Shown here piece after piece: positions 47,556-58,938 of a stretch of 64,000 nucleotides of DNA (positions are counted from its first letter, which is position 1; each line of letters opens with the position of its first letter). Position numbers and translations under genes: made by a program. Below the pieces are notes generated by a model. The model was not told the origin of the DNA. It made no database searches and was given only the letters and a program-made list of their open reading frames with translations. This DNA is from Camelus ferus (taxonomy: Eukaryota): positions 52,950,001-53,014,000 of the forward strand of contig NC_045697.1 in the NCBI RefSeq assembly GCF_009834535.1, in the 5' to 3' direction.

Positions 47556-49479
47556 CTGTAAAAAACAATTTACCAGAAACACCATTATCACATACCATTA
47601 AGTATAGCATGCAATTATACCTGGTCAAATTCACTGAGAAACCGGAAAAAACTTATAGGGAGCAGGGAGTTGGCTGACAGTTTTATGTAAGCATTTTCTC
47701 ACTAAACTGACTTCTTTTCTTGGTCGGGGCACTCACTTCTTCGAAAGGGAGATGAAGACCCTCTCAATGCCTGCTGAAGGGTGGGAAGGAGAGAAGCAGG
47801 GAAACAGGGTAGAACCAACTTACAGGCAAAAGGTAGTTCAAATTTAATTTTAAGAAAACAATAAGCAGCTGAAATGACCAATACCACCATAAAACATACA
47901 AAAACTTATCCGTTCTTATTTGTTGAGCAAAGTTTTAGAGGACCTTGTATCAATATCATTTCTCAGTATCCCCCAGATGAATGGAGCCCCACGTAAACTT
48001 TTTTTCTTTTTCATTTTCTTACTTTTTTTCCTTCCTCCCTTCCTCCTTCCTTTCCTCTCTGTCTCTCTCTCACTTTCTTTCTTTCTTTCAGAAGAACACG
48101 TAGAAGAATAAAACTTGATTTCTTTGGAGGAACTGAAATATTTTCTTCCTGTGGACAGATAAAATTCTAGAACTGACCATGATTCCTTTTTTTCTTTTGT
48201 TGCCCAAAATTTCAGGACCAAAATCTTGGGGTACTTACAGCAATTATGCAGGGCCTTGTAACTTGGGTATCTATATTCTTATTTCCTTAAACTTTTGACT
48301 CATTTTAAATTCTGTCTTCAATTTTTTGGTTATATTTATTGTATTTTTCATAAGCTACAGCAAAATCTTTTAACAAAGAGGCATAATATAAATAAGTTAA
48401 TTAAAATTATAAGATGATCATTAACACTTGCTTGAATTTTCAGCCTGTTCTGTTGGTGTTATACAGAGTCAGTACTCTTTCCTCTTTCCTTCTCCTGGCT
48501 CTCTACTCTTAGCTTTTCTCATCATCCAGGGATGGCACTGTAAACCCCTGGGCTGGGCTAGCTGCCTCTCTCCTTTCCCTCTCTTATAGCTCTTATTATC
48601 ATTGTCACATGATTTTCACATTATCTGCCATTGTATCTATTTTCCCCATTGATTAAACTGTGAACTCTCTGAGATCAGGAACCTTACCTTATTTATCTTG
48701 CCTCCATAGGATCTTTTTTATTTGTCTCACTCACAGAAGGCACTCAATAATGCTGAGATTCAAGTTTTATTTCAGTGATAGCATATTTATGTGTATTTAT
48801 TTATTTGATAGGATCTGTAGTTGCTAATGATTTGTTAATTCAGTATGGTCTGGTTTTGTTTTGCTTTGTGCTCTAACAGATGTCACATGTAGAAATTTCT
48901 GAGGGAAAAAGTCCAGTTGTGTGAGTCTATTGAGCTCAAATTTTATAGTTATAATATGCATGGATAATGATAACAGAATAGGAATATACTTGAACTAACT
49001 TATTAATCTACTTTGAATTTTATAATAATCAAATTTTAAACTTGGTTAATTTTTTTTTCTTTTTGATTTCTCAATTTTGAGGCCTAAGTGATTTGCAGTT
49101 TTGTTGAATTTGTTGTTTTGAGGGGTGAAATGGTCTGAGAAGGAACCGGAACTCTATGAACCACGTGTATCTTTTTTTGGTTTGAAGCGTTTGTTCAATA
49201 ATGGTGGCTTTTCAAGAGAGGTTTCTCCTCTACTCGTATTCAAGAAATGGGGCAAAATCCTATGTGCAAGAATGGTCATCACTCAGAAACACCTACATGG
49301 GAAGTATGATGAAATCTTGGCGTGCTGCTTCAGAATCAAGCTTTTGGTTTTGGCGTAGAACAACCTGAGTCCCTATACTGTATATTCAGCCACATTCATG
49401 GCCAGTGCCTCTTGCTGCCAGTCATCTGTGATTTTTCCCTTGGCCACTACTTTAAGAAGAGTCGGAAGACATTACTTAC

Positions 49480-49524
49480 CGCCATTTCTTCTGAGCTCAA
49501 GATGCCAAGTCTGGCAGGAGCACT
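49480..49524 (-). CDS. AMBN: AMBN exon 10 SAPARLGILSSEEMA
   Basis: aaacag|AGT...GCG|gtaagt. Confidence 0.96.
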
Positions 49525-49743
49525 CTGTTTAAAAAGAAACACTGCATCATATTATGAACCAGCTGACTCTTTATCATCTTGTAGCAACTCAAGACAAAGT
49601 TACAAGTCATCTAGTCTTTCCTTAATCCTTAATATAAAGGCTGTGTCCAGAGGCAGGATAAAATGGACAGATGAGTCTTTATTAAAGAAATGTAGCCAAT
49701 TTGGATAATTCAGATAGAAAATTTACTTTTTCTTTAATGCTAC

Positions 49744-49772
<29 letters not shown>
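49744..49772. repeat. (TG)n microsatellite in an AMBN intron (another at about 56330-56355)
   Basis: directly visible. Confidence 0.9.
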
Positions 49773-49774
<2 letters not shown>

Positions 49775-49940
49775 CTGGCCAGAATTATCCAACTAGGAAG
49801 TGTGCCTCTTTGGCATTTCAGTTGCAAACTTAGGCATTCAGAGAATATGGAATCTGTTATGTGAGGACTGGATCTTATAATTTTATCTCTTAAGATAGCA
49901 TTTATTTGAAAATGATACCTTTTATAGGATATAGACTTAC

Positions 49941-49985
49941 CAATTGATTTGCTCCATAGGACAAGTAAAACATTCCTGGATAAAG
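49941..49985 (-). CDS. AMBN: AMBN exon 9 LYPGMFYLSYGANQL
   Basis: atttag|CTT...TTG|gtaagt. Confidence 0.96.
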
Positions 49986-50082
49986 CTAAATATAAATACA
50001 AAAATCACCACAAAATGCATTTCCCAAGAGAAAAACTTTAAATTAAATTACAAACAGAGAAGTGGTATTAAAACAAACTTAC

Positions 50083-50145
50083 TGGAGATGGTTTATTTTG
50101 TGGCATTGGTCCCCGAGATAGCAAACGGGCTATTGGAACCAACAT
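50083..50145 (-). CDS. AMBN: AMBN exon 8 MLVPIARLLSRGPMPQNKPSP (63 nt)
   Basis: cttaaag|ATG...CCA|gtaagt. Confidence 0.92.
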
Positions 50146-50410
50146 CTTTAAGCGGTAGAAAACAGAATAAGTAATTCATATTTGCTATAACACGGGCAAA
50201 CCTCCCATTACAACTATTTCTGAGAGTTATATGAAGCACATTTCCAGATGGAATACTATGATAAACAAGTGTTTAATATTTAAGTAAACAAAGGAACCCA
50301 CTATATTTCATACTCACAGATAAGTGGGACAATTAAAAAGTTTTACTCTTCTTTCTCAAAGTATAGAGATGTATTTCCCAAGGAAGTGTCTTACTGAGAT
50401 TTGTACTTAC

Positions 50411-50449
50411 TGGTAGATCTTGTGGATCAGCAAAATCCATTCCTGGTAG
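50411..50449 (-). CDS. AMBN: AMBN exon 7 LPGMDFADPQDLP (39 nt)
   Basis: atgcag|CTA...CCA|gtaagt. Confidence 0.96.
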
Positions 50450-51361
50450 CTGCATTACAGATAAATATTAAAATTACTCAACAATCAAAATAGGCAAAAT
50501 GAATTGAAAAACACTCTTATTTACAATTATGATAGTTTAAAATGAGTTTCCCTATTTTCACTTTCATTTAGTCTTGGAGAGTACAACCTAAGAGATTACA
50601 ATTGCCCTTTACTGACATGACTCACATGCATGGCAGGGAGATAGGGCATGTCTGTCACGAGTTTGCTTTATCTTGCAGAGTAGAAAGCAATGAATTTTGG
50701 AATCAGAGCATGCCAGGTTGGTTTGAATTCTGGCTCTGCCACTTAATTTTTGTGTAATATGGGGGACATATTATAGTCTCTCAAAATCTGTCTTTTCTTT
50801 TAAAAAAAGGATGATATCTCTCTTCATAGAGTTGGAGTTAGGATGATACGGCGGAATGTTAAATGCCTGCAACATACTAGTTTCATAGTACCTTCCTTTT
50901 CTGTCCATTGCTCTTTTCTTTATATTATTACAAGATACTTTTGCTTGATTGCCTTCTTTACTACCAGATAGAGAAATAATAATGCAGTAATACTGTTTGC
51001 AGTGCTGAGGGATCAATCACTCTTGTCAGTCTGCCCAACACTGAAAAACAGCCTGATGAGATGAAGCCTGAAGTTCTCTGGGCTGTCCTATTTCCTCTGA
51101 AAGCTTCCTCTTTTATCTTTTGCAACTGAGAAACCAGTTTTGCAGGAACAGGATCTTTAAGAATCCATGCCCCATTTCAGATGGCAAAGGACAGGGATGT
51201 GTATTTATGTTCTACTCCCAGATACGTCAACTGCTTAAAAACATGTTTGTATTTTTGTGCATTATGCCCCAAACTCTGATTATTTAAATGTGCGCTGCCA
51301 ATTGGTTTTCTTTCATTAAGTTAGTAGATGATCCTGATCTGACTTCAGAGAAAGGAATTAC

Positions 51362-51598
51362 CTCGGCCGTTGGTGGCTTTTCTGATGGTGCCACCTGCTC
51401 TTGCACCATTGGCCCCTCTACTTGCTGCAAGGGTGGATGTCCCTGGTAAACCGGAGGCTGAGGTAGTCCCTTCTGGACTGAGTTCTGGATGGCGGTTACA
51501 ACAGTGGGCTGGAGGAAAGGTTTCTGTCCTGGCTGTTGAGGCTGCAGGGATGGCTGCGATGGGAGAGGTGGGGGATGCACAGGCAAAGAATATTCATA
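51362..51598 (-). CDS. AMBN: AMBN exon 6 YEYSLPVHPPPLPSQPSLQP...EKPPTAE (237 nt)
   Basis: ctgcag|TAT...GAG|gtaatt; internal alternative acceptor at 51553. Confidence 0.97.
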
Positions 51599-53048
51599 CT
51601 GCAGAGAAATTTGAAAGGAGCGTCAGGAAGCCATGGCTCACTGAACTGTGATGTCTAGAATTTCTAAAGCAAAAGGGCCTGGGGAGCTTTCTACTTGGAA
51701 GAGAGTCTAATGGACTTGTCTTGAAGCTGTGTTACACAGGAAGCACTGATTCATTTAAAGTCAGTGTTATTTGGGGTGGTCTGGTGGGTGTCTGCCTCCT
51801 CCACTTCCTACTCCCTTTGGGACTGACTACCACTGCTCATGATGATGGGAAGCTCTGGGAACTTCCAAGTAGAATGAATCGTTTCCTTCTCTGGATTCCC
51901 ATAGCTATCTCTATGTATCTCTATTTTACCACTTTCTCACTGGATTACAATTATTTGTTATAAATCTTTGTCACTCACTCAACTGAGAGAGAATAATATG
52001 CCTTATTTATTTTTATAGCCCCAGGACTTAACATAGCCCCTAATAAGTGCTTGGCACATGATAGATAATACATATATTTTTTGAGTTGATGAAAGGAGAA
52101 AACGTAATTAAATAAAATACCAATCAAATTCCTGCTTCGTGTATTCCTTTTGGAAGCAATCAAGTGGAGAAACCTTCACTATTAACATAATTTACTGTCC
52201 CACTAAATGTGGCTTGGTGAGTAATGCTGCTTGGTTTGGAAGAGCATCTGGAATCAAAAGTTCCTGTTAAAACAATCATGTTTTGTTGCTCCTCTTTGAA
52301 ATTACCTATTGTGAATGGCTCCCTATTATTTTTAAATTAGTTGCAAGCTCCTCAAAGTGGCTCAGAAACCTCACAACAATCTGGCTCTGCTTCACCTCTT
52401 CAACCACTGCCCATCTCTAAACTTCTGGGCTTTCATTAACTTATACCCGATTCATTACTTATACCTCACTACTTAGCACCCTGTAATATGTTGTCTTATC
52501 CTCTAATCAGATGTGGGATTTTGTAAGCCTGCCTTGGAGACATTCTTAAATGCCTTCACTTTCACTCCCAATCTACAGTTTGGTTTATATATTTATTACG
52601 CACCTAATAAATAATGGTTAAATGATTGATGTATTTATTAATTGCTATAGGGTTCTTAATATTTCAACTAGGATATTGGCATCATTTTAAATGTCTTTGA
52701 GTAATTATTTAAGGAATCTTGACTAAAATCAGAATTTTCCAGGATATAGCCTGCTTTCATTTTGAGGATAGTTTATCTATTGTTATTATTTAGCATAAGT
52801 GTCTTATATTTTTGAGGTCATATCTTCCTATTGGAAATAAGTATACAAATGGGTTGAAAATTTGGACAATTTTATTTAAATTTTTCTAAGTACTAAAAAC
52901 AGTTGTAGGTTTTGATTTATTGTTATTTGGATGATTTTTCATTCATTACTCTTACCTGTCTGTGGTTAATATATGATAGCTTAGAGAAGGCAAATAGGGG
53001 AATAGTTTAAAGCTTGAGGTTTCAGACACATTGATGCAATTAACTTAC

Positions 53049-53159
53049 CTGTTGAGTTTCATGTTCCCTTGGTCTCATCCATGGGAAAGAGGAGTGTGGT
53101 GGGAGGAGACCATGCATCCACAAAGAATTAAATGATTTCCCAAAGCCAAATCTTGAATA
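53049..53159 (-). CDS. AMBN: AMBN exon 5 YSRFGFGKSFNSLWMHGLLPPHSSFPWMRPREHETQQ (self-assembly motif YxxFxF)
   Basis: cttcag|TAT...CAG|gtaagt. Confidence 0.97.
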
Positions 53160-53531
53160 CTGAAGATACGGAGAAAAAAAATATGCGTATATTTCAGTTG
53201 TCTTAAACTTGGTTTCCATTTTCTAAAAAAATCCACAGGAGATGTAGAAATAGCAAAAGTAAGAGTGATATTGATTAATTTAATGTGGATAGGTTAAGTC
53301 TTCCAACAGACTTGCTTTCCATTCTGAGCCAGTTTGCAGTATTCCCATAAACTTGTTTGAGATTTAGTTTTTTAAACATTCATATTGTGGACTGTATAAT
53401 AAAGTTGATAATGCAAGAAAGAATTTTTTTCTTACTAAAGAAAATACAACATTATTTTTATTTTCTCCTGCCATCCCACCCCAGGGCCTTATTTTGTTTT
53501 AGGTTACCTCAATTACTTGTTTGCTCTTTTA

Positions 53532-53665
53532 GGGGGAAGGGTACAGCTCAAGTGGTAGAGTGCATGCTCAGCCCCTAAGAGGTCCTGGGTTCAATCCCCA
53601 GTACCACTTCCAAGTGGAAATCAGTGAAGAAGCCTAATTACCTCCCCCTCAGAAAACAAATACAA
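53532..53665 (+). mobile_element. tRNA-derived SINE, camelid Vic-1-like, in AMBN intron 4
   Basis: A box (tacagctcaagtgg), B box (ggttcaatcc), tail cctaattacctcccc + A-rich end; near-perfect duplication ACTT(G/A)TTTGCTCTTTTAG at 53515-53532 and 53666-53683. Confidence 0.85.
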
Positions 53666-53796
53666 ACTTATTTGCTCTTTTAGTTTTTAGGATATTGTTT
53701 GTTCACAAACAAATTGTATGAATTACAATGCTGCTGCTATCACTATCGCCACCATCATGAATATTTGCAATAAGAAACATGTGAAAACAACGTTAC

Positions 53797-53844
53797 CTGA
53801 GAAAGCAAGTTTAATCCCTGCAAACTTCCCAGCTGTCTCATTGT
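53797..53844 (-). CDS. AMBN: AMBN exon 4 TMRQLGSLQGLNLLSQ
   Basis: tcatag|ACA...CAG|gtaacg. Confidence 0.96.
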
Positions 53845-55143
53845 CTATGAAGAAAAAAAAGTGGGTTAGTGTTTGCCACATATGTTCCTTTTTTGTATGA
53901 CACAATTGATTTCTCAACATATGGTAGTATTAGCAGAAAGTTTGGGGTCAATATAAATAAAATAATAAGAGACACAACTCATCGCTGAAAGTGGAAATGT
54001 TAAGTGTGGTTCTGCCATTGTTGTCACCATTGCTATTAAAATAGTGAGCTCACTTTTTAATCATTAATTAAAAGAGAGAAAATATCATTTAAGTGGGAGT
54101 CATATTGAAACATGGGAAAATAGCTAATTCAGCTGAAATATCAATGTAATCACAAGGACATTGTCTTATTGACTCTTTTTTCCCCTCATATAACTTCCTT
54201 TGCCTTTTACCAATCCAGCCCGAAGAGGAATTTGAAAAGAACAAGCAAACAAACCAAAATAAATCAGAACAAATCAACTCTGCCTCCTTCCCAAATGAAA
54301 AAGGCCCTCAAAATAATAAATATAAAAAGCACTGAGGAAAATGGTAAGTATCTGGATAGATGGCCAAGAATGCTGCCAATTCAACAGAAAGTCACTTTCA
54401 CTCTTCCTAGGAAGAGGTTTAGAGTGCTTTGAGTTGAGTTTGAGCTAGAAAGTAAGAAAAAAAAAAACTCAGTGAAATTAGCTTCCATGTGAAATAAGCA
54501 GCTCGCACATACAAGTATCGATTGCCCTCAGATTGTCATGATATAGGTAAATCTGCAAGGCTTTGTGAAAAATTTCTAATCTCAAAATTACTTTTCTATT
54601 CATAAATGTTTATATTTTCTACTGATAAAGTCAAACATTTCTATTTTGCTGGGATTTTCTAAACAAAGTGTGTGTTAGTTATAAGAACTGCAATAAGAGA
54701 AACAGCAGCTGTACAGGAGGTAGCATAGTACAATGTCAGTGCTATTTACAGTCCTCATAAACAATTACATTTTCTTAAGATAAATTTTCCTCATGACAAC
54801 TTTATCATATACCAGCAGGAAAAGAAACTAAGTGTAAACCATTTGTGACTTCAGAACAATGTGTTTTTAATGTATGTACACTATTACTAGGCATTAAATA
54901 TTAGTATTGTTTTGATTTACATACAGATGATGTTCTAAAGACTAAAACACCTGAAAGTTTAACATTGCAGTAAAATTATAAGATGAGGCTCTAATAAATG
55001 TCATAAACTTCCCTAGAGCTTTACAGGAAGGAGGACAGCCACTGACTTCTGGCTAGGAAAACTGAAAAACAATCCATGTATTTTTCTCGTATCAGGAACA
55101 TACCAATGTAGAGATTGTATGTAGATACTCTGAAAATACATAC

Positions 55144-55194
55144 CTCAAGGCTCAAACTAGCCATGCCTGGTGTCCCAGGTTGCTGAGGAAACGC
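55144..55194 (-). CDS. AMBN: AMBN exon 3 AFPQQPGTPGMASLSLE
   Basis: attcag|GCG...GAG|gtatgt; S-x-E motif at exon end. Confidence 0.97.
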
Positions 55195-57721
55195 CTGAAT
55201 GGAAATAAGAATAATTTTGTGTTCTTTGGTCAGAAACTCCCTTTCACAGTGAAAACAGAAAGCAACACCAGTACATAAGGGCAAGCTAATGTTGGTTTAT
55301 TACCCAAATGACTTGAGCTTTTGGATAGAATGAAGAACTTAAGTTGTTTGCGATACTAACATAACATTGAATAATTTTGCTCCCACGTGAATCCTTTATC
55401 CTTTGTCTACATCCTAATGCTATGTTGCTTAAAAAGCAAAATTTGAGTTGGTTTGAAAGTAACATTAAAAACAGATGAAAAGTGGAATAAAGCAACAAAA
55501 TAGAAAACTAACAACTAAACTTAAATATTATCACATAGAAAAGCAGAGGAAACAAACTTGAGCTCAATTTTCTTGTGTGTTTGACAAACCTACGAACTCT
55601 GGTTTGTGGAATGTGGGATGGGATCATGGCATTTGGCAAAACCACGTACAAAACCTAACTTGCCTCGCATTCACAGGACTTTTAACAAATCCTCCATCAT
55701 CTTTAGTGAGAGATTAGTTTATGTGTAAACCTGTTGATCTGTGTTTATATTTTTCGGATCATATCAAAAAAGTATTTTTTCTTAAATAAAAGACATTCTA
55801 GCACCAAGTACTATTATACTTAATGTATTCACTTAAAAGTTGTGAAAAAGATAGCTACATTTACATCTAGGCTTTTAAAGTGTAAGATATTTTCTTTTCT
55901 AAGCCAAGGCTTATTAATATGCGTGAATAAAAATGGGGAAAAAACTGGAGAATGGAAGAGAAGAGTAACAGAGTGAATTAGATTTTGACGGTTTTTGGTT
56001 CTTTGGATATTCTTACTATCTAGGGTCAAGGAATTTTAATGCCTTTCTTCCTTCTTTTAAACCACAAATATGTATAGAGTCTCCACTAAATATATTTGGA
56101 TTATTTTACCCTCGTGAGCAAGATGTTTAGAAATATTTTCCTGAGAATACATTATCTGCCTCCACCTCCTACTTTTTATATAGGTAAAATCCTGTCCTCT
56201 GAGTCGTAGTGCAAATTTCACCAAGTAATTCAGTTTTGCAAATAGATAAAGGGAAGGAAGTTATAAATGTGTAGCAAATACTCCAAATAGAGAAAAAGGT
56301 TAGCTGTGTAGACAAAAAGAGTGAGAGGGGTGTGTGTATGTGTGTGTGTGTGTGTAATGAGCAAATTGTTCAGAATTTAAGGGAATATGAGAGTAGACCC
56401 TTCTTTCCTTCTATTGGCCAGTGCATAATAAGGTAATCTGGACAGATTCAACTACAAGACAAACGTGCACTTTGCTTTTTATTTGATCCAAGTCATGAAT
56501 TAATGAACAATATTTACATGAATGTATGTAGACAGAGGATACCTTTCCCATGAGGAAGTGAAAGGAGAAATCTGATTTGGCAGACATTTGGCAGTCCTAA
56601 GCAACTATCCTCTTCCTCAGAGTGGAACTGACTGACACAGGTGTGGGTCATTATAGGTTCCAAGAATGTCAAGGTGTTAGACTGATGGTGGATGGTTGAG
56701 GGGACTCCAATGTCAATATCATACAAAGGTAAGCTCAGGTGGCAGGTTCAATTTTTTTTTCATTTACAAGTCATGTTGAATAATGGAATAGAAACTCTTT
56801 TTATCTGTAGAATGCAGGGTTTTCATCCTCATAGTCAGTTTTCTTCCCCCCTTTTAAAACATTTTAAGAAACCCAAATAGCTAATCCTTTGTCTTAAGGT
56901 ACTTAAATCTTTTGAAGTTCATTTGAGGCCACCTATGAGCTCCTGAAGATAAGAGACCATGTCACATTGATTGTCTTGTCTCCAGTGCCAGCATGTTTCT
57001 GGATACATGACAGGTACTCAGTCAATATTTGCCAAAAGCATATAGTGGCTGAATAAAGTCTTCCTGTAAACAGAATCACATGCTACTGGCTGTAGTAGTT
57101 CAGTGCTCAAAGGATTGTGCTTGTATGCAATCACCTCAATAGGTGATAGAGTAGACCAGAGATGGGACTGTAACATACAGTTAGCGCCACTGCCATGACA
57201 TATTCTGATTTAAGAAACTTCACTCTCAGTCACATAATTTCTCCCCATCAGGCAAATTCGTTGGTTAATTACTAGCTTCAAATAGAATCACTTAGCTCAG
57301 TTTTGTAATCATAGTAATTTGGCTAATATTGTTCTTTTGAAAATGAAGAAGAAAATGTACTTTACTTTTTTGGAGAAATTTCCTCTTTCTGTTTTGATTT
57401 CATAATGGTAGCAGGTAGTTGATAATAAATTTGTGCTGTGGCATTGTTGGAAAACACATACATCTTTTACCTCTGAATGGAATAAGACTTAGAAGTTGTC
57501 TTTGGAATATTTAAAGTATCTTTTTGAATAGGAAAATTATATATTTAACTTATTGCTTTTGGATGGTCAGGGCTGACATCTTGGCAACTGTGACTTTTAA
57601 CTCAGAAGGAAGACACCACTGGATTAATCCAGATGAATCATGTATGGACACTCAGCTGTGTCCTTCAGTTTGATGTCTGGGCAATATTTCTCCGAGGGCA
57701 CCCTCTAGAACACTGACTTAC

Positions 57722-57790
57722 CGGCACTGCAGAACTCATTTTCAGGAGGCACAGGATCAGTATCATGTCCTTCATTTTGAAAAGTGGTAT
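57722..57790 (-). CDS. AMBN: AMBN exon 2 IPLFKMKDMILILCLLKMSSAVP (signal peptide)
   Basis: tttcag|ATA...CCG|gtaagt. Confidence 0.97.
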
Positions 57791-58736
57791 CTGAAACAGA
57801 GTTGGATTGGAGAATTAAATCAGAGGAATTTTTACTTCAGAATGGTTAAAAGACAATATTTTCCTGAGCCAAGTCTCTACTCTTCCAAAATGACTAGGTT
57901 CAAAACAAAATCAAAAACAAAAAACCAACTAAATGTTGCTAAACAGCTGATTTTTACTTACTAGTTTTTGGAATAAATTGACAAGCAATTAAAATTTTTC
58001 TAAGTACTCTGATTTTTTTACAGAGGTACCACCCAGATGATCATGAGGGAACACCTCCATGAATATTCTTTAAATGCTGTGTTTAATTTCAGAAAATAAA
58101 TTATAAATTTGAAAATCCCTTTCACTGTGTGAAATTTTGGTCTATTAAGTATGATTCACAGGATTTTATACTTTGTTTCCCTCCAGAGTAAATTTTGAAA
58201 TGCATTTTAAATGTAATACAACCAATAATCATTTCATAACAAACCTTTATGTTCAGATATAAAGGTTATACCGTTCCATGTTTAGGTTATTCAGAAAACG
58301 ATGCCAAAAATTATCTTTTTAAAATAAAAATGAGCTAGATATTTTAATTTCCTTTGATATTAGTGGACAATATATCTCAAAATTGAGTTTTCCTCTTTCT
58401 AAAATAAATTATCTCTTTAAGTTTATTCTAAAAGTTCAAACGACTACTCTCACATGAACAGAATTCTGACTAGTCAAGAAATTTACTTACTTTTCTCAAT
58501 TATTAGTACTGTCACTAATCACAAATAGTAAAAAAAATTTATAGAAAAGTCTTTTTTTTCCTTAGCTGGAAGGATATTAGTCATGTCTTCTCTGGAACAT
58601 GCTAATAATGGTTTACAATAGGCTATTATTCTGCTTCTGGTGACAAGTGAAGATAAATCCTCTTTATAAATACTGCCTGGAGATAGGAAAAAAGAACTTA
58701 CAGGAATCACATGGAAATCATAAAATCACATTTTAC

Positions 58737-58751
58737 CTTCAATGCTGGCAT
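58737..58751 (-). CDS. AMBN: AMBN exon 1 coding part MPALK
   Basis: ATGCCAGCATTGAAG|gtaaaa. Confidence 0.93.
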
Positions 58752-58875
58752 GCACTGTGCTCTCAGGGCCTGGTGATGCCAACCAAGACAGTTCTAAGAA
58801 AAGAAGTTTAAAATTTTTTTCTGGACTGTGCCGGGGACTCACTCTGTATCTCTCATCCAGGGAAGACCTGAAACC

Positions 58876-58938
58876 TTTATTTAAAGTGCCAATCCACCAA
58901 TCAAAGTGAAGCTAAATGGGGGAAAAAAACACAACCAC
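58876..58938 (-). promoter_or_regulatory. AMBN core promoter: TATA-like TTTAAATAAA, two inverted CCAAT boxes, Runx/OSE2-like AACCAC
   Basis: tttatttaaa 58876-58885, gccaatccaccaatc 58888-58902, aaccac 58933-58938. Confidence 0.6.

Larger units (their letters stand above)
47025..58751 (-). other. AMBN: AMBN gene, coding span (11 exons, 1254 nt CDS, 417 aa ameloblastin)
   Basis: 15+69+51+48+111+237+39+63+45+45+531 nt, all phase-0 GT-AG introns, intact; ends DAWHFQEP. Confidence 0.98.

Noticed and set aside
53532..53606. Possible tRNA gene
   Set aside because: Degenerate stems, followed by a SINE tail and flanked by a target-site duplication; it is a SINE head
58242..58267. Inverted repeat AACCTTTAT...ATAAAGGTT in AMBN intron 1
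   Set aside because: A 9-bp AT-rich stem is expected by chance and too short for a miRNA or MITE
15654..58751. Pseudogenisation of enamel genes, as in enamel-less mammals
   Set aside because: Both frames are open, all internal coding splice sites are GT-AG and the key motifs are retained
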